Assembly (NCBI GenBank): GCA_002402965.1
Contig: DHGW01000010.1
Location: forward strand, 11,135-67,006
Length of the DNA: 55,872 nucleotides
Direction of reading: 5' to 3'
From: Bacteroidales bacterium UBA4788
GTDB lineage: Bacteria > Bacteroidota > Bacteroidia > Bacteroidales > VadinHA17
Of this stretch, positions 40,052 to 48,471 are shown piece after piece. Made by a program: the position numbers and the translations under genes. The notes under the pieces were generated by a model. The model worked only from the letters and a program-made list of their open reading frames with translations. It was not told the origin of the DNA and made no database searches. Position 1 is the stretch's first letter; every line of letters starts with the position of its first letter.

Positions 40052-40146
40052 AGGCAATAGGCAATAAGCAACAGGCAACAGGTAATAGTGCTGGCATATT
40101 CCATGGAGTAGGTCCAGTACTGGCTATTGCCTATTGCCTGCTGCCC
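40052..40146. repeat. Heptamer (AGGCAAT-type) tandem arrays in inverted orientation between convergent genes
   Basis: Five units at 40052-40086; TATTGCCTATTGCCT (40125-40139) is the reverse complement of 40052-40066. Confidence 0.8.
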
Positions 40147-40158
40147 TGGGAAGGCTTC

Positions 40159-41265
40159 TTATTTTGCCTGTATGGCAATAACATGCGAGATATGTCCCCA
40201 ATACTTCAGGTGAAACTTAAGGCTCTTTTTGTCAAGCATTGAGTGCAGTGTGGCAGGGGTGTCTTCAGGTGCAAATCTGACAAGTTCACGGTCTTCGAAT
40301 AGAGCCGAAACTTCCGGGTGAAACTGCACCGAAAAGACGTTTGGATACTTTTTATGGGCTATTCCTTCAACTATCTTGCCGTCGTCTGAGAGGGCAGTCA
40401 CAGTAAAGGCCGGTGCAACATCACCTATTGCCTGGTGATGATGGCTATAGACCACCGGTTGCCACCTGCGTGACACCTTCACGGTCTTTCCGAAGAACCC
40501 GTTTTCGGTGAATCTGACGGGATGCATGCTGTTTCCTATGAAATCTTTGGCATCCCTGTTAATCTGCCAGTAGTTCCGGTGCAGGTTTTTGCGGTCTATA
40601 AGTATATGTGTCTCCGGGCTCTTACTATCATACACTTGCGCAGGAATATCCTGCCACAGTGTTCCGCCAGCGGCAACGTTCATCGACTGAAGGCCGAGGC
40701 AGAAACCAGTGACCATGTAATCCGGGTTCTCTTCAAGAAGAGGTTTGAAGGTTGTATTCCGGGTACCACCAATCAGGTGAAAAAGGAAGCTGACCTCGAA
40801 ATAATGCCTGCCGGGGTCAGTGGACACGGAATACCAGTTCTGCTGCCCGTATACTGCCGGGGGAATATCCTGCCCGCCGAAGAAGATCACGCCAATGGAG
40901 TTGGTAAAGATCTTCCTGAAGTCATCACTGCATGGATTTTGTTTGTAAACCATTTCTTCAGTCATAGGTCCCTTCACTTCGTACAGGTGAAAACGGGTCA
41001 GTCCGTTGGCTGAAATATACTCTGCGGATTTGCTGAAGTCGTACTCCTGGCTGGAATGCCAGATGCCTACAAATTCAATTTTCTCCGGATCTGTGCCGAG
41101 GATCCCCTTGTCGAGCAGGAAGGTCACCACTCCGATATTTCCGGCAGTGGGATTCATAAGAATTACATACTTCCTGTCCCTTCTGAATTCGCCCCTGAAG
41201 AAATCCTGAGAAAGCATGGAAACTGACAGGCAGGCGAGTGTGACGAGCAGAATGAGTTTTTTCAT
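40159..41265 (-). CDS. Peptidase C26 / gamma-glutamyl hydrolase-like class I amidotransferase with signal peptide
   Basis: GGQDIPP..Y, GFCLGLQSMNVAAGGTLWQDI, HHQAI, VQFHPE. Confidence 0.85.
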   Translation of the reverse strand: MKKLILLVTLACLSVSMLSQDFFRGEFRRDRKYVILMNPTAGNIGVVTFLLDKGILGTDPEKIEFVGIWHSSQEYDFSKSAEYISANGLTRFHLYEVKGPMTEEMVYKQNPCSDDFRKIFTNSIGVIFFGGQDIPPAVYGQQNWYSVSTDPGRHYFEVSFLFHLIGGTRNTTFKPLLEENPDYMVTGFCLGLQSMNVAAGGTLWQDIPAQVYDSKSPETHILIDRKNLHRNYWQINRDAKDFIGNSMHPVRFTENGFFGKTVKVSRRWQPVVYSHHHQAIGDVAPAFTVTALSDDGKIVEGIAHKKYPNVFSVQFHPEVSALFEDRELVRFAPEDTPATLHSMLDKKSLKFHLKYWGHISHVIAIQAK

Positions 41266-41385
41266 ATTGCTGGTTTGTTCGCGTGAATTTAGTACAAAAG
41301 TGGATAATCACAATCACATATGCTGCAGAACCATAAAAAGTAAAAATTTTCCCCGGGAGTTGTGTTGCACGTTGTGAAAAACAAT

Positions 41386-41411
41386 TAATTTTGTTTCGTC
41401 ATTTCCCGAAA
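41386..41411 (+). promoter_or_regulatory. arsR promoter (-7 TAATTTTG) abutting the palindromic operator TTTCG-N8-CGAAA
   Basis: TAATTTTG at 41386-41393; TTTCGTCATTTCCCGAAA at 41394-41411. Confidence 0.75.
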
Positions 41412-41415
41412 TGAA

Positions 41416-41733
41416 ATGGAAGCACATCAGACGAGGAAGAAATATTACACCGTTGATCAGGAGAAACTGGCAAAGTATGCCAAAGCCCTGTCTCATCCGG
41501 TAAGGGTATTTGTGATGGATTTCCTTGCCAACAATATCGACAAGTGCTGTTACAGCGGGGATATGGCAGAGGAGCTGCCTATAGCCCGCTCCACACTTTC
41601 CGAGCACCTGAAGGAGTTGAAGAAGGCAGGACTTATCCAGGGGGAGATCAACCCGCCATACATCAAATATTGCATCAACCGGGAGAACTGGGACGAGGCG
41701 AAATTACTGCTGAACAATTTTTTCAAGAGATAA
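41416..41733 (+). CDS. arsR: ArsR/SmtB family repressor
   Basis: AKALSHPVR, KCC, STLSEHLKELKKAGLI, YCIN. Confidence 0.9.
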   Translation: MEAHQTRKKYYTVDQEKLAKYAKALSHPVRVFVMDFLANNIDKCCYSGDMAEELPIARSTLSEHLKELKKAGLIQGEINPPYIKYCINRENWDEAKLLLNNFFKR

Positions 41734-41750
41734 AAAAATTTAATACGATA

Positions 41751-41768
41751 TTTCGACGTTTTACGAAA
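41751..41768. promoter_or_regulatory. Operator copy TTTCG-N8-CGAAA
   Basis: TTTCGACGTTTTACGAAA. Confidence 0.7.
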
Positions 41769-41787
41769 TGAAGGGAGAATAATCAGG

Positions 41788-42021
41788 ATGGAAATTAAGA
41801 TTCTGGGTCCCGGGTGCCCAAAATGCAAAACCCTGGAGAAGCTGACACGTGAGGTTGTTGAGCAGAATGGCATAGAAGCCACGGTTACAAAGGTTGATGA
41901 CATAGTTGCTATAATGAATTACGGGGTAATGACCACCCCGGCACTTGTAGTTAATGAAAAGGTTGTTCTGAAAGGGCGTATACCTTCCGCAGAAGAGCTT
42001 AAAAAGTTATTAATCAAATAA
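41788..42021 (+). CDS. Small thioredoxin-like redox-active disulfide protein (MTH895-type)
   Basis: IKILGPGCPKC, YGVMTTPALVV, GRIP. Confidence 0.9.
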   Translation: MEIKILGPGCPKCKTLEKLTREVVEQNGIEATVTKVDDIVAIMNYGVMTTPALVVNEKVVLKGRIPSAEELKKLLIK

Positions 42022-42035
42022 ACAATTATAGATCA

Positions 42036-42476
42036 ATGAAAAAGATTATCTGGATTTCAATAGTTGTTGTATCGCTTGCTGCATTCCTGGCATTCAGGCA
42101 GGATGGCAAAGCCGATGTGAGTACTGACTCATCCGTAAGTGCGGCAGATAAGGTAGAGGTATATTATTTTCACTTCTCGCGCAGGTGCGTTACCTGCATT
42201 GCAGTTGAGAACAAGACCCGGGAGGCTATTGTTGCGCTTTATCCCGATGCATATAGTAAAGGTAAGATCACATTCGCCTCTGTAAATCTTGAGGATGAGA
42301 AGAGCAAACCGATTGCTGAAAAGGCAAAGGTTACCGGCCAGGCGCTTATCATTATGAGCGGAGATTTCAGAAAAGATCTTACATCCGAGGGCTTTATGTA
42401 TGCCAACAACAACTTTGAAAAATTCAAGTCTGAGATTAAAAAAACGATGGATCCCCTTGTAAAGGAGATTAAATGA
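42036..42476 (+). CDS. Exported thioredoxin-like protein (ArsF-like family)
   Basis: Signal/anchor sequence, VEVYYFH..RCVTC..VE. Confidence 0.8.
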   Translation: MKKIIWISIVVVSLAAFLAFRQDGKADVSTDSSVSAADKVEVYYFHFSRRCVTCIAVENKTREAIVALYPDAYSKGKITFASVNLEDEKSKPIAEKAKVTGQALIIMSGDFRKDLTSEGFMYANNNFEKFKSEIKKTMDPLVKEIK

Positions 42477-42480
42477 TTTC

Positions 42481-43182
42481 ATGGAACTTCTTCAACAGAT
42501 TCTTGAGAATTCCCAATACTCGTTCATTACCGCAGCAATACTGGGGCTGATGACTGCCATCAGCCCGTGCCCGCTGGCTACAAACATCTCGGCAATTGGT
42601 TTTATCAGCCGTGACCTGACTGACCGTAGAAGGGTCTTCCTGAATGGCCTGGTTTATACCCTTGGCAGAGCTATAACATATGTCGGCATTGCATTGATAA
42701 TCTTCTTTGGTGCAAGCCAGATGGACATATCCGGATGGTTCCAGAAATGGGGAGAAAGGTTGCTTGGTCCGGTACTTATAATTATTGGTCTCTTTATGCT
42801 CGATTTCCTAAAGATTAAGCTGCCGGGCAGTATGGAGTCATTCACGGAGAAGATAGGGGAGAAGGGCAGAAAGAGTTATTTGAATACTCTTCTGCTTGGT
42901 ATTTTGTTTGCCATGGCCTTCTGCCCGTACAGCGGTGTTCTCTATTTCGTCATGCTCATTCCGATGACAGTGGCGAGCCCCGAAGGGCTGTATCTTCCGG
43001 TGATCTTTGCCATTGCGACAGGGATACCCGTGATTGTCTTCGCCTGGCTCCTGGCTTACGCAGTAAGTAATGTAGGCAAGATGTACAGCCGGGTTAAAAC
43101 CTTCGAAATCTGGTTTCGCAGGGTGGTGGCTGTACTGTTCATCGGAGTAGGGATCTATTATGTGATAGTAACCCTTTTGTAA
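42481..43182 (+). CDS. CcdA/DsbD-like membrane protein (ArsG-like family)
   Basis: ISPCPLATN, YTLGR, AFCPYSG; ~6 TM segments. Confidence 0.85.
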   Translation: MELLQQILENSQYSFITAAILGLMTAISPCPLATNISAIGFISRDLTDRRRVFLNGLVYTLGRAITYVGIALIIFFGASQMDISGWFQKWGERLLGPVLIIIGLFMLDFLKIKLPGSMESFTEKIGEKGRKSYLNTLLLGILFAMAFCPYSGVLYFVMLIPMTVASPEGLYLPVIFAIATGIPVIVFAWLLAYAVSNVGKMYSRVKTFEIWFRRVVAVLFIGVGIYYVIVTLL

Positions 43183-43199
43183 AAAAATTTAGTAATGTA

Positions 43200-43217
43200 T
43201 TTCGGGTTTTTGCGAAA
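43200..43217. promoter_or_regulatory. Operator copy TTTCG-N8-CGAAA
   Basis: TTTCGGGTTTTTGCGAAA. Confidence 0.7.
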
Positions 43218-43236
43218 TGATAATCTTTAACTTAAA

Positions 43237-44580
43237 ATGGAACTGAAGAAAGAACTTAAAATCCTGCTGTGGATCACTGTAGTATTTGTTTTTGCGTTTT
43301 TCATGCCTATTGAAAGTGCCCGTTTTAACACTGCAATTACAGCAACTTTCGATCTGGTTAAGTGGTATGCAAGGGAGCACGTAATACTGTGTCTGCTTCC
43401 TGCATTCTTCATTGCCGGGGTTATCTCGGTATTTGTCAGCCAGGGGTCGGTGATAAAGTACTTCGGAGCAAATGCGAAGAAATGGCTGGCCTATTCGGTA
43501 GCTGCAGTTTCAGGCACTGTACTGGCGGTCTGTTCATGCACAATACTGCCGCTTTTTTCAAGTATTCACAAGCGCGGTGCAGGTCTTGGCCCGGCAATAG
43601 CATTCCTCTATTCAGGTCCGGCCATAAATATTCTTGCCATCATTCTTACAGCCAGGATCCTTGGGTTTGAAATGGGTATTGCCAGGGTCATCGGCGCAGT
43701 CTCATTCAGCGTAATAATCGGGTTGATTATGTCCCTGATCTATCGCAAAGAGGAATTGCAGAAGAAGGCAGACCAGATGAATATTATTGCGGAACCGGAG
43801 AAGAGACCTATGTGGCAGACCATGACCCATTTTTTTACACTGGTGATCATACTGGTCTTTGCAAACTGGGGCAGCCCGGCTGCTGATGATACTTCAAGTG
43901 TATGGTACTATATCTTTACCTACAAATGGTATATAACGGGATTTTTCAGCCTGGTTCTTGCATGGTCACTGATCAAAATCCTTAAGATCAAATGGCAGTG
44001 GGTACTAGCCGCGGCAGTTGTTACCGTGATTTCGGTGCTGCTGTCGAACACCTTTATTGAAAGTGCGAAGCTTAGGCCCCTGGTTCCAATGGTTGTGGGG
44101 ATAGCAGCATTAAGCATAATTACACTCTTCGATAAGCAGGAAGAGGAAAACCGTGAGTGGACACTCTCCACATGGGGTTTCGCCAAGCAGATTATTCCCC
44201 TTTTGGGAATTGGGGTTGTGATAGCAGGTTTTCTGCTTGGTTCAACACATGACGGCCAGAGCATTGCCGGCATCATTCCCAATGAATGGATAGCTAACCT
44301 GGTCGGAGGTAACTCCGTGTTCTCGAATTTCTTTGCATCAATTGTCGGAGCGTTCATGTATTTCGCAACGCTGACCGAGGTTCCGATTCTGCAGGGACTG
44401 ATTGCCTCCGGTATGGGTAAAGGCCCCGCCCTGGCACTGCTTCTTGCCGGACCTTCACTTTCATTACCAAATATGCTGGTTATAAGGGGTATTATTGGTA
44501 ATCAAAAAACCATTGTTTATGTAAGTCTGGTTGTGGTAATGGCTACAATATCAGGTCTTATATACGGATCAATCTTTTAA
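43237..44580 (+). CDS. ArsP/DUF318 family permease
   Basis: HVILCLLPAFFIAG, AVCSCTILP, FLYSGPAIN, YFATLTEVP, LLAGPSLSLP. Confidence 0.88.
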   Translation: MELKKELKILLWITVVFVFAFFMPIESARFNTAITATFDLVKWYAREHVILCLLPAFFIAGVISVFVSQGSVIKYFGANAKKWLAYSVAAVSGTVLAVCSCTILPLFSSIHKRGAGLGPAIAFLYSGPAINILAIILTARILGFEMGIARVIGAVSFSVIIGLIMSLIYRKEELQKKADQMNIIAEPEKRPMWQTMTHFFTLVIILVFANWGSPAADDTSSVWYYIFTYKWYITGFFSLVLAWSLIKILKIKWQWVLAAAVVTVISVLLSNTFIESAKLRPLVPMVVGIAALSIITLFDKQEEENREWTLSTWGFAKQIIPLLGIGVVIAGFLLGSTHDGQSIAGIIPNEWIANLVGGNSVFSNFFASIVGAFMYFATLTEVPILQGLIASGMGKGPALALLLAGPSLSLPNMLVIRGIIGNQKTIVYVSLVVVMATISGLIYGSIF

Positions 44581-44740
44581 ATCGCCAATTCTCGATGAAG
44601 GAGTTTCAGTATCCTTACAAGAAGACAATTGAACTGGCCTGAGGGGCTGCCTCGGTCGCAGGTAGCTGTCGCCCCTGCCTGGATTATTGTTTTAATAAAG
44701 CCCTGGAGTTGGGGTGTTCCAGGGCAACCTGTCGGAAGAG

Positions 44741-44783
44741 ATTGAGATACTGCCTCCTCTGTGGGTCTTGGCAGTATCTCAAT
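44741..44783. terminator. 14-bp perfect inverted repeat between convergent genes (second 8-bp hairpin at 44700-44725)
   Basis: ATTGAGATACTGCC-15 nt-GGCAGTATCTCAAT. Confidence 0.55.
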
Positions 44784-44817
44784 GCAGTCCGGGTACAATT
44801 AAAAGAGAATGCAGAAA

Positions 44818-45153
44818 TTATTTTTTCACTGCATGTTTACTGCATTTTGCCGGATCACATTTTGCATCAGGTCCAGTTTTGTCACATTCAGCCTTGCATG
44901 CCGGATCACATTTGCCTTCCTTGCATTTTGCCGGATCACAGTTTGCACCTGAATGCTTTACCTGGGATCCTGGTACCGGTGCTTCGCCGGTGGCCATTCC
45001 ACATTCTGCAGCTGAGGGGCACTTTGAACAGTCCTTTACTGCTTCTGTTTTGGCTTTTTTATCCTTCTTTTCATCGCTTTGGGCATTTACCGTCGTCATC
45101 ACAACGAATGCAAATATTACCAGAGCTGAAATTCCAAAGATGACTTTCTTCAT
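44818..45153 (-). CDS. Secreted Cys/Lys-rich low-complexity protein with CDPA(K)C repeats
   Basis: Signal peptide MKKVIFG...VNA-Q; 10 Cys; own TAATTTTG promoter element at 45178-45185. Confidence 0.8.
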   Translation of the reverse strand: MKKVIFGISALVIFAFVVMTTVNAQSDEKKDKKAKTEAVKDCSKCPSAAECGMATGEAPVPGSQVKHSGANCDPAKCKEGKCDPACKAECDKTGPDAKCDPAKCSKHAVKK

Positions 45154-45206
45154 GACTTTAAGAGTTTTTGTTCGGGTCAAAATTAAGGAGACAGTTCTGT
45201 AATCAG

Positions 45207-45248
45207 GTTATACCGTCGTTAAATCGTGTTATACTGATGTTAAATCAT
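45207..45248. promoter_or_regulatory. OmpR/PhoB-type tandem direct-repeat binding boxes
   Basis: GTTATAC/GTTAAAT/GTTATAC/GTTAAAT at 45207, 45218, 45228, 45239 (11/10/11-bp spacing). Confidence 0.7.
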
Positions 45249-45283
45249 CATGTGCAATTTGAAATCTGTGTATTTTTGAGCTC

Positions 45284-46549
45284 ATGAAAAGGTCACGTAA
45301 ACAGCTTATAATACTTACACTCGCCTTTGGAGCCCTGTTAGCCCTTGCCGCGATTCAGTTCTCGTGGATACAGAAGGCTGCCCGGATGCAGGAAGCCCAG
45401 TTCAGCCACAGCGTTGACATGGCAATGCACAGGATTGTTGAGACACTCTCAGAAAATGAGGCAATTTGCAGCGAGGTTAATAACTGCCTTAGACAGGGAA
45501 GGAATGAGTCATGCATGGTCGTGATGAAAACCAGGGAAGAGTGGGAGAATATGAAATCCCTTATCAGTCAGGATCTTGGTTTCTACGGGATAGGTCTTGA
45601 CTTTGAGTTTGATATTATTGATGCCAGGCAGGCAACACAAATCCCTCAGGCAAGGAATACCTATCTCAGCGAGAGCCTGGAGGAGATGCTTGAAAGATCA
45701 GGATATAAATTAATCCTCAGGTTTCCTGAAAAGCGCGACTTCATTCGCGCCCAGATTGGAGACATGTTCATTTTCTCCCTGATCCTCCTGCTTCTTATAT
45801 CACTCTCCTTTATCATTATCTATAACTTTTACAGGAGGGAAAGGCTCCTGTCCGGGAGTATTGTGGATTTCATTAATAATGTAACCCATGAATTCAAAAC
45901 TCCGCTTACCAATATTTCACTTGCCAACAGCATGCTCTCAAAAAATGAAAAGGTGGAAAGCGATGAGAAACTAGCATTTTACTCGTCTGTAATAAAAACG
46001 GAGCAGGCCAAACTGAATGAAAAGGTAGAGAAGCTGCTGAAAACCGACTTTGCCGACCTTGAAAAATATAATACTGCGGAAAAGATTGATGTCTCAGCAG
46101 TTGCGGACAATATTGCGGAGACCTTCAGGGTACAGGTTGAACAGAAAGGAGGTAAAATTGAAGTTGTAAAAACAGGCGGACACTTCAGTGTGAATGGAAA
46201 CATTGACCTGTTTCACATTGCCCTCGGCAACCTTGTTGACAACGCAGTCAAGTATTCTGGTCAACCGCCTGAGATCTTCATGAAAATTTCTTCATCGGAT
46301 CACAGGCTTGTAATTGAAATTGAAGATAACGGCCCGGGGATTCCGAAGGAATACAGGTCAAGGGTTTTTGACAAATATTTCCGCGTGCCCTCCGGCAACA
46401 CTCACAGTGTTGACGGCTTTGGACTCGGTCTGTACCAGGTCAACAGGATAGTTGCCGGGATGAAAGGCAACATCAGAATCACGAACAGGAAGGAGGGAGG
46501 ACTCTCGATAATCCTCGACCTTCCGGCAGCAACAGGCAATGACAGATAA
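45284..46549 (+). CDS. Sensor histidine kinase
   Basis: Two TM segments, THEFKTPL, NLVDNAVKYS, DNGPGI, GFGLGL; TATTTTTG at 45271-45278. Confidence 0.92.
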   Translation: MKRSRKQLIILTLAFGALLALAAIQFSWIQKAARMQEAQFSHSVDMAMHRIVETLSENEAICSEVNNCLRQGRNESCMVVMKTREEWENMKSLISQDLGFYGIGLDFEFDIIDARQATQIPQARNTYLSESLEEMLERSGYKLILRFPEKRDFIRAQIGDMFIFSLILLLLISLSFIIIYNFYRRERLLSGSIVDFINNVTHEFKTPLTNISLANSMLSKNEKVESDEKLAFYSSVIKTEQAKLNEKVEKLLKTDFADLEKYNTAEKIDVSAVADNIAETFRVQVEQKGGKIEVVKTGGHFSVNGNIDLFHIALGNLVDNAVKYSGQPPEIFMKISSSDHRLVIEIEDNGPGIPKEYRSRVFDKYFRVPSGNTHSVDGFGLGLYQVNRIVAGMKGNIRITNRKEGGLSIILDLPAATGNDR

Positions 46550-47279
46550 TTTCGAAAACACCAGGATACTTCTTGCAGAGGATGATACCAATCTTGGATT
46601 TCTGCTGGTTGACTTTCTTGAGTCAAACGGTTTTGAGGTCAAACTGTATCGCGATGGCCAGTCTGCCTTTCAGGGATTCACAAGAACAGGAGCCGAATTT
46701 TGTTTGATTGACATAATGCTTCCCGGCATGGACGGGTTTACACTGACCGGTAAAATCAAGGAGCTGAACAGCGATGTCCCGGTGATAATACTATCCGCAC
46801 GATCTCTCAAGGAAGACAAGATATTGGGTTTTCGCCTTGGGGTGGATGACTATATCACAAAACCCTTCGAGGAGGAAGAACTGCTTTACCGGATCAGGGC
46901 AGTGCTCAACAGGCTGAAACATTCAGTCAAAAATTCGACACAGGATTTTACGGCAATCAAAATCGGTGAATTCCTTTTCGATCCTCAGAGTCTGATGCTT
47001 ACCAGGGGCGGCAGTTCACAGAGAATGACCATAAAGGAGAGCAGGATACTTCTTAAACTCGCTGGCTCCCAGAATAAAATAGTTACACGTGACGAGATCA
47101 TGATCGATGTATGGGGTGAGGCTGACTACTATACGGGTCGAAGCCTTGATGTATTCATCTCCAAGCTGAGGAGTTACCTGAGATCGGACCCGTCAGTCCA
47201 GATCACCACCATCCCCACTCTCGGGTACAAGCTTGAGGTAAATGCCCAGGAGAGACTGTTTCGTAATTTTACGAAATGA
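46539..47279 (+). CDS. OmpR-family response regulator
   Basis: LAEDD, DIMLPGMDG, DDYITKPF, RSLDVFISKLR. Confidence 0.93.
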   Translation: MTDNFENTRILLAEDDTNLGFLLVDFLESNGFEVKLYRDGQSAFQGFTRTGAEFCLIDIMLPGMDGFTLTGKIKELNSDVPVIILSARSLKEDKILGFRLGVDDYITKPFEEEELLYRIRAVLNRLKHSVKNSTQDFTAIKIGEFLFDPQSLMLTRGGSSQRMTIKESRILLKLAGSQNKIVTRDEIMIDVWGEADYYTGRSLDVFISKLRSYLRSDPSVQITTIPTLGYKLEVNAQERLFRNFTK

Positions 47280-47288
47280 TTATATTTG
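47259..47288 (+). promoter_or_regulatory. Operator TTTCG-N8-CGAAA plus -7 element TATATTTG for the second ars unit
   Basis: TTTCGTAATTTTACGAAA at 47259-47276 (inside the regulator's 3' end); TATATTTG at 47281-47288. Confidence 0.7.
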
Positions 47289-47346
47289 ACTTTTCAAATT
47301 CTCGGGAATTAATATCGTAGTAAGAGATACTTTCTTGCAAGTGGCC

Positions 47347-47535
47347 ATGGCTGAATTATTTCATAATATAGGTTTCACAAGCTCAGGTTTCCTGAACCTT
47401 TCAGCTCGCGAAGCATATGCCGAGGCAATGCACGGCAAGGCAGTCATTGTTGACGTAAGGGAGGACCGGCTTACAGGTTACAAGAACTTTGATGTCCCGA
47501 GGCTCATGCGTTTGTCAGTTGAGACCGAGGAATAA
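47347..47535 (+). pseudogene. Truncated rhodanese-like protein (N-terminal half only)
   Basis: NLSAREAY..AVIVDVRE N-terminal rhodanese pattern; stops at 62 aa, before any active-site loop. Confidence 0.55.
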
Positions 47536-47591
47536 ATAACAGGGAGCAGGCAGTGGGCAATCGTGAAATAAAGGTTTTAATACATGAAAAT

Positions 47592-47622
47592 CAAGACTGC
47601 AAGACTGCAAGACTGCAGGACT
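47592..47622 (+). repeat. 8-bp tandem repeat (CAAGACTG)x3 plus a variant copy
   Basis: Read directly in the intergenic sequence upstream of arsC. Confidence 0.85.
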
Positions 47623-47663
47623 TTCAGAGCTTCAGACCCAAATAGCGGACAAACAGGCACACA

Positions 47664-48083
47664 ATGAAAATACTGATTCTTTGTACGGGGAACAGCTGCC
47701 GCAGCCAGATGGCTCACGGCTTCCTGCAATCATACGATGAAAACATGTATGTCAGATCCGGAGGAACAGAGCCGGCTGTCCGGATCAATCCGAAAGCTGT
47801 GGAGGTTATGGCAGAAATCGGGATAGATATAAGCCATCATACCCCTCATTTTGTCGATGAATACCTGGATGAGGAGTGGGACTATGTGATTACTGTATGC
47901 GATCACGCAAATGAAACATGTCCTGCATTTTTTGGCAAGGTAAAGCACCGGCTTCATCTCGGGTTCGAGGATCCATCACATGCCACCGGGACACCGGAGT
48001 TCATCCACAATGAATACATCCGTATCCGCGACCAGATTCGTGAGACATTCCTTAGGTTTTATAACGAAAACATTAAAAGCTAA
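47664..48083 (+). CDS. arsC: Arsenate reductase (LMW-PTP/thioredoxin type)
   Basis: CTGNSCRSQMA, ITVCD, CP, FEDP. Confidence 0.92.
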   Translation: MKILILCTGNSCRSQMAHGFLQSYDENMYVRSGGTEPAVRINPKAVEVMAEIGIDISHHTPHFVDEYLDEEWDYVITVCDHANETCPAFFGKVKHRLHLGFEDPSHATGTPEFIHNEYIRIRDQIRETFLRFYNENIKS

Positions 48084-48084
48084 A

Positions 48085-48402
48085 ATGAAACCTTCTGATT
48101 TAAAGCTAATTGTTCAGGAAAAATATGGAAAAATAGCCTCATCTGCTGAGACCGATTCCGGTTCATGCTGCTGTACGCCCGGGTGTTGTTCATCCGAAGG
48201 TCTGCAAGCTTTCAATGAGAGCTACAATCACCTGGATGAATACCTGGGATTCATTAAGCAGAACGGCTTCGCTGGTATGAAAATCCACAAGGAAAAGAGA
48301 ATTGAAATGCCGGATGGAGTCATCTCTCATCACGACGGGATAGAAGAGTCCGGAGTATTCAGTATTACAATTTCGGCCAGTAAGCCACACTTGGTCGGCT
48401 GA
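48085..48402 (+). pseudogene. arsM: Internally deleted arsenite methyltransferase (N- and C-termini fused in frame)
   Basis: ArsM-like N-terminus (LKLIVQEKYGKIA..SCCC..GCC) joined to the C-terminus (EYLGFIKQNGF..GVFSITISASKP); no SAM-binding core. Confidence 0.75.
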
Positions 48403-48471
48403 TTACCACTTTGAACAGGAACCGCGACAATCCACATCGAATCGTATATCGCAAATCAAAATATTCTGTTT

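Noticed and set aside
44818-45153. DUF692/MNIO-modified RiPP precursor (EGKCG-repeat type)
   Set aside because: Only one EGKC, followed by Asp rather than Gly, and no DUF692 or partner genes in the window. Modification in trans is not excluded.
44709-45202. Plus-strand ORFs of 144 and 162 aa
   Set aside because: They are antisense shadows of the Cys-rich gene, which has a signal peptide and its own promoter element.
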